Below, piece by piece: positions 42,578-56,259 of a stretch of DNA of 64,000 nucleotides; within the stretch, counting starts at the first letter, position 1; each line of letters opens with the position of its first letter. The stretch comes from Eledone cirrhosa. Lineage: Eukaryota. The stretch is taken from positions 153,140,001-153,204,000 of the forward strand of contig OZ024741.1 in NCBI GenBank assembly GCA_964016885.1. The letters are read 5' to 3'. Position numbers and translations under genes: made by a program. A model generated the notes under the pieces. The model was not told the DNA's origin and did no database searches. It saw only the letters and a program-made list of their open reading frames with translations.

Positions 42578-43563
42578 GGGCATATTGTTTAGTGTATCAT
42601 GGCTTAGGTGGGCATAGTGTTTAGTGTATCATGGCTTAGGTGGGCATAGTGTTTAGTGTATCATGTCTTAGGTGGGCATAGTGTTTAGTGTATCATGGCT
42701 TAGGTGGGCATAGTGTTTAGTGTATCATGTCTTAGGTGGGCATAGTGTTTAGTGTATCATGGCTTAGGTGGGCATAGTGTTTAGTGTATCATATCTTAGG
42801 TGGGCATAGTGTTTAGTGTATCATGGCTTAGGTGGGCATAGTGTTTAGTGTATCATGGCTTAGGTGGGCATAGTGTTTAGTGTATCATGGCTTAGGTGGG
42901 CATAGTGTTTAGTGTATCATGGCTTAGGTGGGCATAGTGTTTAGTGTATCATGTCTTAGGTGGGCATAGTGTTTAGTGTATCATGGCTTAGGTGGGCATA
43001 GTGTTTAGTGTATCATATCTTAGGTGGGCATAGTGTTTAGTGTATCATGGCTTAGGTGGGCATAGTGTTTAGTGTATCATGGCTTAGGTGGGCATAGTGT
43101 TTAGTGTATCATGGCTTAGGTGGGCATAGTGTTTAGTGTATCATGGCTTAGGTGGGCATAGTGTTTAGTGTATCATGGCTTAGGTGGGCATAGTGTTTAG
43201 TGTATCATGGCTTAGGTGGGCATAGTGTTTAGTGTATCATGTCTTAGGTGGGCATAGTGTTTAGTGTATCATGGCTTAGGTGGGCATAGTGTTTAGTGTA
43301 TCATATCTTAGGTGGGCATAGTGTTTAGTGTATCATGGCTTAGGTGGGCATAGTGTTTAGTGTATCATGGCTTAGGTGGGCATAGTGTTTAGTGTATCAT
43401 ATCTTAGGTGGGCATAGTGTTTAGTGCATCATGGCTTAGGTGGGCATAGTGTTTAGTGTATCATGGCTTAGGTGGGCATAGTGTTTAGTATATCATGGCT
43501 TAGGTGGGCACAGTGTTTAGTGTATCATGTCCTAGGTGGGCATAATGTTTAGTATATCATGGC
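42578..43563. repeat. 32-bp tandem repeat, ~30 copies (GGGCATAGTGTTTAGTGTATCATGGCTTAGGT)
   Basis: Period 32 (e.g. 42601 to 42633); variants only at the GG/GT/AT position in the core. Confidence 0.95.
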
Positions 43564-43565
43564 TA

Positions 43566-43614
<49 letters not shown>

Positions 43615-43867
43615 TAGCAAACAAAACAACACACAACCAAAATGCATTCGCCTTACACATACAATATAAGCATAATAACCAATATATGTTGGGATCCCTG
43701 TACATAGTAAAAAGACAGGATAGTCTTGGAATATCTTTGATCAGTGGTTTACTTGGCTGACCTGGGGCTAAAAAGCAACAATTTCCTAAATTGAGAGTTA
43801 AGAATGAGTACAGCAATCAATGAGAGTCCACCAAAGATCAGTGTTCATCCCCTTCCTGGCCATATAT

Positions 43868-43947
<80 letters not shown>

Positions 43948-44294
43948 TCACACATACTTACACACACACACATGTATATGCAAATTAGGCTGCTCAGCCG
44001 TTAATATGCATAAGGAAAGTATATACTTTCAAACGTTCAATCAACTGACAGGAAGGTATACGGTGTTGATGACAACTAATAAGCTAGAAACTAGTTCATC
44101 GTTTCCTTTGTCAGTGTTGAACAAATAGGGCAGCGATGGTTGCCGAACACTGTATATATATATATATATACCCAATTCTCCATCTTGTTTCACATTTCTC
44201 AAAATAGAGCTGCTGATTTTGATATGTTTTTGTCTTGAAACAGCTGGTAGTCCCAGAATTAAATCAAACCGTTAATATAAATACTCACCTACCA

Positions 44295-44905
44295 TATGGA
44301 GATCCCTCTGTAATTGGAACAAACTCTCATGTCTCCCTCTTTGAAAATTGGGATATTCACTCCCGATTGCCATTGCTTAGGTGCCTTCCCAGATATCCAG
44401 GCCACCTAGCACACACACACAAGTCATTCAGAGAATACCTTCTCTATTTACAACTTTTAACATCTCAGGCTGGATTTCATCTTCCCCAGTGGCTTTGCAA
44501 CATTTGAGCTCTTTAACTGCTCTTGTTGATCTCACCCTCTGAGAGATTAGTCACCGCTCTTATGTATATCAGAAGATGATGTTGTGATCAGGTTTAGGAG
44601 ATCAGCAAAGTATTCTCTCCACTTCACGAGGATGCACCTCTCTGAAGAGAGGAGAGCCCCGGACACATTCTTGATAGCAAGTGTGGAGGAGGACTTCTTA
44701 TTATGAAGTTGACAGATGGTCTGCCAGGACACTTTATTTGCCGATCTGAAGTTGGATTCCAGCTTAATCGCAAAGTCCTCCCATGTTTTAACTTTGGACA
44801 CCTTTACTGTCTGTGCTGTGATTCTTTGTGCCTGCTTGTACTGCAAAAGCAAGAAGAGGGTCTTATTCCCAAGCCTAGCTTTGTAGGCCTCATTGTTAAG
44901 CCGCC
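44295..44905 (-). mobile_element. Inverted 5' segment of an RTE-clade LINE
   Basis: Minus strand WREYFADLLN...KATGEDEIQPEMLK...WQSGVNIPIFKEGDMRVCSNYRGIS. Confidence 0.85.
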
Positions 44906-46110
44906 CTGGTAAAGTGTCTGACAAAAAGATATAGGGAGATTGTCAAGTCCATGCTAGCTGATGAACTGCGGTTTTCACCCTAAACACAGCACAGCCAACC
45001 AAATATTCGCACTATGAGAAAACGTGGGAGTATTGCCAAGAGGTATATTCTTGTTTTGTAGATTCCGAAAAGGTATATGACCGCATTTCTCGGAACCTGT
45101 TGCAGGTTTTGCAGGAGTATGGGATTGATAGTCAGCTTCTTACTGCCCTGATGTCTCTATATGAATGACCGAGTATTTGTGTTCAGATAAGTGATGCTAA
45201 ATCAAAACCATTCAATGTAGGAGTCAGACTCCACCAAGGATGTGTACTGTCACCTCTCCTGTTCATTATTTTCATGAACAGGATTGATATGTGCAGCTGT
45301 GTTGGAAGTGGTATCTTGACTGGCAGGTGTAAAATCAGTCAGCTGGAATTTGCAGACGACATGGTGTTACTTAACTCGACAGAAGGTGATGTCCGGCTTG
45401 CACTTGATAGGTTTGATGCTGAGTGCTGCATGACTGGAATGAAAATCAGTGCTGTGTAAACTGAGACACTCATCCTCTCAAGGAAGCCTGCGCAGTGCAC
45501 TCTACATGTAAATGGAGTTCCACTAAAGCGGGTGGAGTTCAAGTATCTCAGGGCCGTGTTCAAGAGTGATGTAAGGCAGGAAGCTGAATTAAGTGCAAAA
45601 ATAGCTGGAACTGGTGCAGTAATGCACCAGCTTTGGCATTCAGTAATCAGAAGAAGGGAGGTAAGTGTAAAAACCAAACTCACCAGCTTTAATTTTGTAT
45701 TCATGCCAACCCTTACCTATGGTCATGAATCTTGGGTAATGACTGAAAGAATACAATCGCGAATACAAGCGGCCAAAATAGGGTTCCTCCGAAGGGTCTT
45801 TGCAATAATGTTACATGATAGATTGCAGATGAACGGCAGCTCAGTAGGTAAAACTGCTACTTCTCTGAATTGAGAGATCACAGCTACTATGGGAATGTGG
45901 TTAGAATGTCTCATGAAAGAATCGCTGGACAGACTTTATGGGCAAAATCAACTGGCAAGAGACCCAGGAGAAACCACCAGCAGGGTTCAGTTGGAGACAG
46001 TTGCTTCTGACAGGACCTGCTGGGAGGAGTGTTTGAGGACTCTGCCCCCATGACCCTCTCAGGAATAAGTGGGCGAAGAAGACAAAGAACTAGCACATGA
46101 CGTGTTGATT
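44905..46110 (+). mobile_element. RTE-clade LINE RT and 3' segment (pseudogenised)
   Basis: PGKV...FVDSEKVYD...QGCVLSPLLF...FADD...FKYL...LTYGHESW, with stops and frameshifts. Confidence 0.88.
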
Positions 46111-46522
46111 GCCCTTTTCTTTTATTTGTACCCACATCTGTATATATAACCCACTACAACCTGTCACATGGTCGAGTCATCGGCAACTAAACAGCATGCA
46201 GTAGTATATGAAAACAACAACAACAGGTAAATAGAGCCCATTAGCCTTGGTTGGCACTATGTCTAGGAGAAGGATCACTGATTTCAAAATCATTAGTCAC
46301 CTTTGATAACATTTCAAGTGACCAACAGCTTCATACTTGTGATGAAGGCAGATGAATGGCAGCTCAGTAGCTAGCTTCAGAGTAATGGTCAGATGAGGAT
46401 TTGGGACCCACTGCCATCACATTTTTCCTGATGAAAATCATTGCCATAAAGTATTGAGGATGGAAATGGATCAATATATATATGCATATATACATATATG
46501 TATTTGTGTGTATATGTATATA

Positions 46523-46636
46523 TAGGGTGTCCCAAAAATGTGTGTATAATCTATATTCCAGGTGTCCCCAAAAATGTATACATACTTTGATTAGAATGCT
46601 GTTGAAATGGTTATACGGTTTTTTGGGGACACCCTG
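46523..46636. mobile_element. Tc1/mariner-type MITE
   Basis: TA|AGGGTGTCCCAAAAA ... TTTTTGGGGACACCCTG|TA. Confidence 0.7.
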
Positions 46637-47382
46637 TATATATGTGTATGTATAGTGTTATGTTGTTGCTGTTGTTGTTTGTGGTAGTGGTGCTGCTATT
46701 GCTGTTGTTATAGCTCCTAATCCTATTTCTATTATTATTGCTGCTTACAATCCTATTACTGTTGTTGTTGTTGTTGTTACATATTTACTAAAATATTTTT
46801 GATGTAAACAAGCATCACCTCCATAAGTCAACAACTCCTTCTTCTCCACCTCCATCACCTCCACAAGTCAATATTAATTAATTGAGTTGTGTTGAAGCAG
46901 ATCTATATTGTTTTACGTTTTGTACCAAGGAGTGGTCCGACCATTCTCAGTGTGTAGGTATGTGTATGTGGTGTAGTAGGTATGTGTATGTGGTGTAGTA
47001 GGTATGTGTATGTGGTGTAGGGGGTATGTGTATGTGGGTATGTATGTGTATGTTTGTGTATCGAAAGTGAAAATGGAGTAGGAATAGAGCTTTTTTTTTT
47101 TACATAGAAGTGGTGGTGGTAGTGGTGCTGGTGGTGGTGGTAGTAGTGGTAATGATGTTGGTGATGTAATGATGATTGGTGGTAGTGATGTTGATGATGC
47201 GGTGATGATTGGTGGCAGTGACAGTGGTGGTAGTGATGGTAGTAAACAGTGTTAGCAATTCTGGTGCTGTGTTAGTAATGGTGGTAGTAGTGGTGGTGAA
47301 AGGGAGAAGGGTGATTTTCCTAGTGGATAAACGATCCGTAGCAGTGGTTCTCTAACTTTGCACTATCAAGGTCCTCTTTAAT

Positions 47383-47608
47383 TTAACCATTTAGCAGTTA
47401 CATTACTTAATATTCACTATTCTATTTTCATGGTAAACACTTTATTTCACATAATTATCTCGCATAATATCGAATCTATGAGATTTTGATATTTATATTG
47501 AGAACAATACCTTAACATAAGTATAAGTGGCTGGTTACAGCCGGTTTTAACAGAAAGAGGTGAGAGAATTCTGGCTGGATATGACCGTTTTAAATGCTAA
47601 AGGGTTAA
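47383..47608. mobile_element. piggyBac-like MITE
   Basis: TTAA|CCATTTAGCA ... TGCTAAAGGG|TTAA; second copy at 56260-56480. Confidence 0.8.
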
Positions 47609-48278
47609 ATGAACTTTTCCACATAATCCCATAAGCTTTGGATGATCTGTCTACTTAACAAACCAATTTTATTAAGTAATAACGAAATCGAAATTGTTTT
47701 CTCAGTTATATCTCACATTTGAAAAATACATATGTATGTATAGACTGTTATCTCTTGATGGAGTCAAAGAAGTGTTGTAATGACATAACGCATGTCCTGG
47801 TCATTTTTAAACCTCGCAGAGTCCATACCCTCTCCATGTCTGAACACTACGAATTTCTGTCAGAGAAGGAGACAGAATGATAGAGAAGAAGTCAGAAAGA
47901 GATATAGAGGAAGAATCGATCCCTGGTAATTTTTTTTATCGATCTCAAAAAAATGAAAGGCTAAGTTTAAGTTAGCTTTGGTAGGTTTTGAACTCAGAGT
48001 GCAGAGGGCTAGAATGTATACTGCAAAGCATTCTATCCAATGTTCTAATGGCTTTGCCAATTTACTGCCTCAATTGAAAGATATATGTAATTGAATATTC
48101 AGTTAAATAAGTGTCTGTATTAACCATTTTATTGCCATGTTTATAATAAAATCAGTGAAAATAGAGCGATTTAGCAATACAACTAACTTTCCTATTGTTA
48201 AGCTGGTGTTTGGGACATAACTTAACAAAGATTCTTATATGTAATTATGATGCAAGGTTTCAGATAAATATAAACATT

Positions 48279-48538
48279 TTAACCCTTTTGTTATATATTT
48301 TATGAAAGACACAACTTATGATTTTCAAATAATTTGGAAAATAATCAAAAATTTGGAGGAATTTAGTAATATAATTAACTTTCTCATTATTAAAATGGTG
48401 TTTGGAGCATAACTTAGCAATGGTTCTTACATAAAATTATGCTGGAATGTTTTTAGATAAATATAAACACTTTAAAATAAACAGTTTTGTTCATGGAACT
48501 AGGAGTAGTTTTAGAGTGTTTGGTGTCAAAAGAGTTAA
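48279..48538. mobile_element. piggyBac-like MITE (second family)
   Basis: TTAA|CCCTTTTG ... CAAAAGAG|TTAA. Confidence 0.6.
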
Positions 48539-50506
48539 ACAAGAAATATATTTGTTTAACGAGATTGTTGATGTGGCTTTGTTGATTATTGTTCCAAATT
48601 TCAAGTTTAGTGGCAGAGGCAGATAGTTTTAAGCATAAATCACGTTCTAAAACATCTACAAATATTGGACTGATCCTATAGATTTAAAAACGATTTTGAA
48701 AGTTTATATTTTTATCAACTTTATCCTAAGTACTAATAGTAAAGCTGATAAAAAAAATTCTTATACAATTTACACTGCAGCCTCTTGAGATGTTAGACTT
48801 GACATATAGATATCCCCAGGGGTCTACAGACTATAAGCTGGGAACCACTGGTCTATAAGTACAAGATGAAATTTAAAGATAATTAAAATCCTGTAGAACA
48901 TGAAACTACATAGATAACTTTGATAGGTTTCGACCAGTATTGGCCCAGGCCATGTCTAACTTAATAACACCACCTGGCTATATTAGCAAGACTTTTTTAA
49001 TAAGTACAAAACTATGACTGCACCGTATAAAATATTAAAGTCTTTACTTTAATACTACAAAATGTTCACAATGATCTATCTACTAGTAAATATGTTATAA
49101 ACATTTGAACAGACCACATTTGCAAGACATTTTCAAAATGTACAATGACTACATCACATTAAATATTGAAATTGTTTCTAGAACTGCAAATTTTTACAAT
49201 GATCTATCTGCTCACTAATACAAGTGCTATAAACCTGTTTTTAGATATTTTCTGCTAAATCATTATAGGATGGTAAGAGTTAATTAACAACATTGCATAT
49301 GCAACATTTAGAAAAAGTGATTTCATCATATCAAAAATTAAAGTCTTTACTTTAATACAGCAAATGTACACAACAATCTATCTGCTCTTTCATAAAGATA
49401 CTATAAACATTTGAATTAACAAACCTGTTTTGAGATATTGCTACTAAATCATTACAAGATGTTAAGAGTTAAGTTAACCCTTGTATTTGACTGCCTTTCA
49501 TCATATCTTCTGTTTAAAGACGACAATACAATAACATCCAGGTGGGATTAAATCTCAATTCAGATACATCCACATCAACATCCACATCTCATTTTGAAAT
49601 CCATAATCTCACTTTGAATTAGTAAGGTCTCACTTTCAACTGATATGTCCTCACTTTATATTACAAATGCTGTATTACAACATCTTAACTACATTATTTC
49701 TCACAGTCGAGACTCATCTACTACATTTCAGAACACTGGATATGATTTGCTAGAAATAATAGCCAAATCTCCCTCAAACCACAACCTACCATCTTAGGCA
49801 AAATAACATATTGGATGAAGTAGTTCTGGGTTCTCTATACATAGGAAAAAGTCAGCATAGTCATAGCTGGAATGTTTTTAATCATTGCTCTACTTGGTGA
49901 GGAGCTGACCTGGGACTAAAACACACCAATCTTCCAACCCTTCCACCACCCAACTTCCCCAAGAATGCCACCTTCCCTACCCTAGGGACATTGACCTACA
50001 GAAAAGTTCACTGAGAAGATCATTCCAGAGTGAACTCCTCTGTTTGGACTTGACCTGTAAACATTAAGGTTACCCCCCCCCTCTCTCTCTCTCTTATATA
50101 TATATATGTTTGTGGGAGAGAGAGAGAGATGCAGTGAAGAAGAGATTATGTGGGATTATTTACAAAACATTAAATAATAGCGTGTTAAGTAGGTGTAGAG
50201 AGATAATCTCTGTACTATGGTGGTGGTATTGGGGTAGTGGTGTTAAAGTGGTTATTGTAGTTGGTAGTGTTGGGGGTGGGTGTTAATGGTGTTAAGACAG
50301 TATTAGTGTGATGGTGATACAGCCTCATCTTTATGCACTTACTATTACATACTGTGTTTCTCTTGTATTTTACATACTAAATCCTTCCTCACCTATACAC
50401 AGAAAGTTGCATCCCTCTGAAATTCCCTCCCCTCATTCATCAACTTACATATGTACAGATCAGAAATATTAAACTTGACAGATGAAAAAAAGACTAATAA
50501 GAAGAC

Positions 50507-50547
<41 letters not shown>

Positions 50548-50633
50548 AAAGGTAAACACAAATAACAACACAATCAGTACAGTATATGGAAGGAATATAT
50601 ATTAGGTTAACGCTTGATATAGCAGGAAGACGG

Positions 50634-50669
50634 TCTTAACGTTTCGGACGCTAGTCCTTCATCAGAAGA
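50634..50669 (-). ncRNA. Minimal type I hammerhead ribozyme
   Basis: Minus strand TCTT-CTGATGA-A-GGAC TAGC GTCC-GAAA-CG-TT-AAGA; palindromic AACGTT stem III typical of Penelope-associated minimal hammerheads. Confidence 0.8.
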
Positions 50670-51120
50670 AAGAATGAGAAATAAAATAGATTAAGGGGAC
50701 GGGTGGGATGGAATTGGAAACAATGTCTTTAGATAAAAATAATAGGTCCATTCATGTTGACAGGTACTCAACTTTCCGGGTTCTGGACCCCAATTTCTTC
50801 TGTTGTAATTATTTATACTAAACTTGTCCTATGGACTGAGTGCACTTACTCTTGGATATTTCCACTTAACTTTTACTTCAGTATATATATATATATATAT
50901 ATATATATTTCGTTTCTGAATTTGTTTAGCAAGATTCTTTATCTGAAAACGTGTGTTGAAACCGATATAGTTATACTTTGGGAGGGTCATGTTGCCAATA
51001 AGAAACACACGCACCAGTTGCTTTCACTCCAATTTATTATAAATTAAATTTATAAATTTAAGAATTTATAAATTTCCGGTTGGTTGGTTGGTTCCACAAC
51101 TGGACGGTTGTTCATATATT

Positions 51121-51163
51121 GTCAAAGTTCTTTCGTCACACATTCTGTGACCTCTTCAGTGAC
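51121..51163 (-). ncRNA. Minimal type I hammerhead ribozyme
   Basis: Minus strand GTCA-CTGAAGA-G-GTCACA GAATG TGTGAC-GAAA-G AA C-TT-TGAC. Confidence 0.72.
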
Positions 51164-51419
51164 TGGGGATTCTTCTCTTTGTTTTGTGCCTCTCCTTTGT
51201 TCTGTCCTATGCCATCTTGTTTTTGACACACAAATACAAGATGGCGTATAACAATATATATATAGTATATATATAAGTAAATATATATATATATATATAT
51301 ATATAAGTATAACAATATATATATATATATATATATATAAAAACAACTGGTTGATTTAAGAAGCATTGGGAAATTTTCAAATTTCCTAATGCTTATATAT
51401 ATATATATATATACATATA

Positions 51420-51780
51420 CAGTTGTCCCCTGGTATTCACAGGGGTTACGCTCCTAGAGCATCCACGAAGAGTGAAAAACTGCGAATATTGGGCATGGTC
51501 CATAAAAATGCCTATAAACGTCAAAATATTATGTAAAATATAATTTTTTTAAAAGTGGAGCATCTTATGCGAAGGGGTGTTCAATAGGACAGCAAATATG
51601 GTATATTGTTCTTAATATAGCGTTAAAAAATATATAAATTGCCATGAAAAAAGCCATTAAAAGATTGCAGAAGATATTTACAATTCCACGAATATGCGGT
51701 AGTTTCCATGAACATTTATTAGTTAGGTTCTAAGGAAAATTCTGCGAATAGCCGTGTCGGTGCATGCTGGGGATACACTG
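51420..51780. mobile_element. Tigger/pogo-like MITE
   Basis: TA|CAGTTGTCCCC ... GGGGATACACTG|TA, with internal GCGAATA repeats. Confidence 0.7.
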
Positions 51781-52065
51781 TATTAAATTTAAGCTCATAA
51801 TCACACTTTAGCGGGGGGGGGGGGGGGGGGGGGAGTCAAGTTGACTAAAAGAAACCAATTCTAACTTGTATAACGCCCCAACCATGGTGTCAAAAACTCA
51901 AAGAAACAGCATGTGGAATTTTAAGACATTCGAATAACTAATGCTGAGAGAACTGAAGTTTTATCATCAAGTGGTGAGTTCTTCATAAGAATATGAGACA
52001 AGCAGGAAAATGATCATACATACCGAATCACTGTTAGATCATATATGTGAACAAGATTGCCATAT

Positions 52066-52149
<84 letters not shown>

Positions 52150-52170
52150 GGTTACACAACAGTTAGTTCA

Positions 52171-52220
52171 CCATACCGAGAACAATTGTTTCACCTTAGC
52201 AGATCCTCAGCTCGTAATGG
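52171..52220 (-). ncRNA. Minimal hammerhead-like motif
   Basis: Minus strand CCATTACGAG-CTGAGGA-TCT GCTAA GGT-GAAA-CAATTG-TT-CTCGGTATGG; extended stem I, weak stem II. Confidence 0.6.
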
Positions 52221-52699
52221 ACATGGTTATATAGAACGGGAAGGCTAACTCGTCCCATGGACTGAGTGCTCTACCACTACGGATATCACCTTCCAGTGTT
52301 CTACCATTATATATATACATATATCTACCCAAAGGGACTAGCTGAATATATGTCATATAATCATACTGTGTAAAGAACCACGTGGTACAGTAGCATTATG
52401 CAACACCAATACTGTGTGTGCGTGTATGTATATATATATATATATATGTACACACACACATGCAAGCAGGGAAAAGCGGACTTAAAATGATGATGATGAT
52501 GACACGCATGACTGCTCTGAAATTAGACTTTTGTAAAAGAAACTTTTTTTATGGCCTTCTAACTTCTTTATGTTTGATTTGGAACAGCTTTCCTAAATCT
52601 ATAAGTCTACTATAGAACACACACACACACACATCATCATCATCGTTTTTATGTCCATGTTTTTTCATGCTTGCATGTGTTGGTGTCATGTTCCTTCAT

Positions 52700-53182
52700 C
52701 ATCTTCTCTGTGAGTCTTAGTGATTGGATGTCAACTCTCACAACATCTGTCCAGGTCTTTCTTGGTCTACCTCTAGTGTGGCCTCCTACCCACTAGCACA
52801 ATCATTGTTGATATACATCACATGTCCATACCAACACAGTCATCTCTCCTGCACACCACCTCGAATTACTCTTAAACCCAACTTCTACCTCAGTTCATCC
52901 AAGTTCTGTCTCTCTCTCACATTTACATTGCACATTCAATGGAGCATAGTTGCTTCATTCCTCTCCAGTCTACGCGTCTTCTGCAGTCATAGTCCATGTT
53001 TCACTACCATGCAGCATTGCACTTCGCACACAGGCATTATACAGTCACCCTTTCGTACAGAGGGAGAAACCTTTTGTGGTCAGCAGTTGGAGTAGCTCTC
53101 TAAACGTTTTCCATCCTATTCCTATTGTAGCTATTATACTCTCAGAGCACCCTCCTCCATTTCTAATTATGTTACCTAGATA
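52700..53182 (-). mobile_element. RTE-clade LINE 3' fragment
   Basis: FCYLGNII...GWKTFRELL...CVRSAMLHGSETWT on the minus strand. Confidence 0.8.
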
Positions 53183-53257
53183 GCAGAAGCTATATATATA
53201 TATGTGTGTATATGTATGTATGTGTGTATGTGTGTGTGTGTGTGTGTGTGGATATAT

Positions 53258-53470
53258 GGAGGCACATGGCTTAGTGGTTAGAGCATTGGCCTTGCAATCG
53301 AAAGGTTGTGAGTTCAATTCTCAGACCGGGTGATGTGTTGTTTCCTTGAGCAAGACACTTTATTTCACATTGCTCCAGTTTACTCAGCTGTAGAAATGAG
53401 ATGATAGGGACTGGGGTCCATAACATTCCACTGAAAAGTGGTCGTGGAGGTGCCACGGCCAAAAAGCACC
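53258..53470 (+). mobile_element. CORE-like SINE (3'-truncated)
   Basis: Nearly identical to 62618-62825. Confidence 0.85.
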
Positions 53471-54762
53471 TTAGTGTGAAGTTTGGGTTTGAAATAAATC
53501 TTTTGTGACATCAGTCCTGGAACTTTTCTGACCTACCTCGTATATACAGAGAGAAAAGAAAAGAAAGTGGGCGAGAGGGCAGATGTATAAATAAATGCTA
53601 CCTTAACCACTATTGTACACAAGCAAACATTTATTTGTCTATATACACACCTTTCATTAGCCAGTCAGCTGATTGATTTGACCTGTACACAGACATACTT
53701 ACACTCTTATTTCTCTCTCTATATATATACATATATATGCATACATCCACATATACATATATATGTGTATGTGTTATACTAGGGACATATATGCATATAT
53801 ATATGCATGTGTGTTTATTTTACATTATAGAAAAATATACTTACATTTATCTCTATATGCCTATATATATGCATATATACATACACCTATATATGTGTGT
53901 ATATTTTATAGATATGCTTGCATACATACATGCACACGTGTGTGTGTGTGTTATAGGTATACATATATACCACAAGTTATAGATATATATATATACATAT
54001 AAACCACAAGTTATAGATATATATGCATACATAACATACACACATACACGCATAGTAAGTCACATTCTCTCAACACCACTACTAATACTACAACATACAC
54101 AACCAGTTTACTGGTTCATTGATTGTCAGCTGTTCATTTGGTAATGTTTGGTCAGTCAAATGGTCAATACTGCAGTCATATACTACTACTACTACTAATA
54201 ATAATAATAATAATACCACCATCACCACTACCCCCATTAATACTACCACTATTACCATTACTATCATTATTAAAATGATAGCCCGTGTTCTTGCCATATG
54301 GTTAGTTTGTTGACCAAATGACCTGTTTTCATCACCATTTTTACTGGAGTTGGTCTGTACAGTGAGGGAGGGGGGGGGGGGGGGGGGGTTGAAGTACCCT
54401 CCTCCTCCACACACACCAGAGAGAAATGTAATTAAACTTACCAACATCACTATATAATTTGTAACTGTATATTTCTCTCTTGGTGGTGGTGCTTTCTTGT
54501 AGTTGTTGGCATTTTGTGGTTTAGCCAGTGTCCCTGACTTTATCGGATCCTCACTCCCAATCTGATGAGGTTAATGTAGTTTATGTACATAACTTTCACA
54601 TGTCCTCACTCCCACACTGAGCAAATCAGAGGAAGGGACAGAGCCTCAGACATTATCAAAGGTAGTCCTGCTGTGACCATCCCATCTTGTCATATATTAC
54701 AAGTATATCTCAGACTACCTTACCTAATCTGACCTCTCTTTATGGTCGTACTGTGTTGTTTG

Positions 54763-54928
54763 CAGTACCGGATTTACCATTGTACTTAGGTGTGCTTAAG
54801 CACAGGTCCTGTTGGCAAAAGGGGCCCATCTCCCTGCATCCAAATTGTTTTTACGATGAATGAGGCCCAAGTAAGGGACCTCATAACTTAACTAGCACGG
54901 GGCCTCATTTGTCTTAAATCCAGCACTG
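54763..54928. mobile_element. hAT-type MITE
   Basis: CAGTACCGGATTTA ... TAAATCCAGCACTG; 8-bp TSD GTTGTTTG/ATTGTTTG. Confidence 0.75.
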
Positions 54929-55522
54929 ATTGTTTGAATTAGATTATATCTGGCCTCTCTTTATGATCATACTGTATGATTTGAGTGAGACATGGCTACT
55001 ATTTCTGGCACTCTCTTTATGATCAGGTAGTGTGGTTTGAGTAAGACTTAGCTACTATTTCTAGCAGATTTAATTACTTCCTCATAAGCTAATGTGTAGC
55101 AGCTGTAACCTGTGGAGGTGTCTGACACACACACACACACACACACACACATGCATACATATATCTATGTACACACATGCAGATATCTACATATACACAT
55201 ACACATGCATGTTCCCACACACTCATACATATACACACATGCACTCACCAGACACACACACACACACACATGTGCTGCTTGTGGTTCCCATATGTAATCT
55301 ATTCTGTCGCCATAGGCAACTTTTGAACAATTTTGTTTTTATGTAGTTTGTGGAACAGATGGCAGTAATGTGTGCATGTGTATGTGTGTGTGCAGTGTAC
55401 TTCTGTGTAGGCCATGTGTGCAGGTGTATATATGTCTGTTTGTGTACATACATGTAATGATGTGTGTGTATCCATGTGTATCTCTGCATGTATGTGTCTG
55501 TATATGTCTGTGTGTGTGTGTG

Positions 55523-55559
<37 letters not shown>

Positions 55560-55779
55560 ATTTATGTATATATGTACACAAATGTGAAGGCACATGTTTT
55601 AATACATAGGCTCTTCGGCTCCCAATGATGCATTGTGTCCTTCAGCAAGATACTTTATTTCACATTGCTCCAGTCAACTAAGCTGGCAAAAATGGAGTTG
55701 TGTCTGTAATTTGAAGATTCAAAGGCTTAACCTTGTCACACTCCACATACATACAGGTATGGTCCCGTAACTCCTGATA

Positions 55780-56050
55780 GAGTTGTAGGGGCACCGTATT
55801 GACATATGGTGTTTCTTGGGCATTTTAAACCAGGTGGAGCCCATTCCTCTCTGGAATTGAGTTCGGCAGATTTCTTCCAGAAAAAGGAAGAATCGACCCC
55901 CAATACTAGACTGGTACTTTTTTTATTGATCTCGAAAGGATGAAAGGCAAAGTTGACCTCAGCGGGATTTGAACTCGGAGAACAGAGAGCCAGAACAAAT
56001 ACCATAAAGCATTCTATTTGCCATTCTAATGACTCTGCCAATTCGCCACC
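55780..56050 (-). mobile_element. Meta-domain-like SINE subfamily with alternative tail
   Basis: Tail TTTCTTGGG..TTTTAAA..GGTGGAGCCCAT shared with 33490-33810 and, more weakly, 47790-48068. Confidence 0.65.
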
Positions 56051-56259
56051 TATGTACACACACACACACACACACACACACACTCATACTTACAACCTCC
56101 AACATGGCTACCACTACCATCACAATAGCCAACATCACTCAGTATTATAATAGCTAATACCTCACCACCACTACAACCAACATTGCTCTATCACTAGAGC
56201 CATCTCAACACCACACCACTACAACTACTATCACCACACAACCACTACCTAAACTATAA

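Larger units (their letters stand above)
47342..48850. mobile_element. hAT (Charlie/MER5-like) non-autonomous element with nested insertions
   Basis: CAGTGGTTCTCTAAC ... GCTGGGAACCACTG termini; the flanking 8-mers match only weakly. Confidence 0.55.

Noticed and set aside
42578-43563. CRISPR-like or telomeric array
   Set aside because: Contiguous units without unique spacers in a eukaryotic context; TTAGG is not tandem
53258-53330. tRNA gene
   Set aside because: Only the tRNA-derived head of a SINE; no complete cloverleaf and it continues into the CORE-like block
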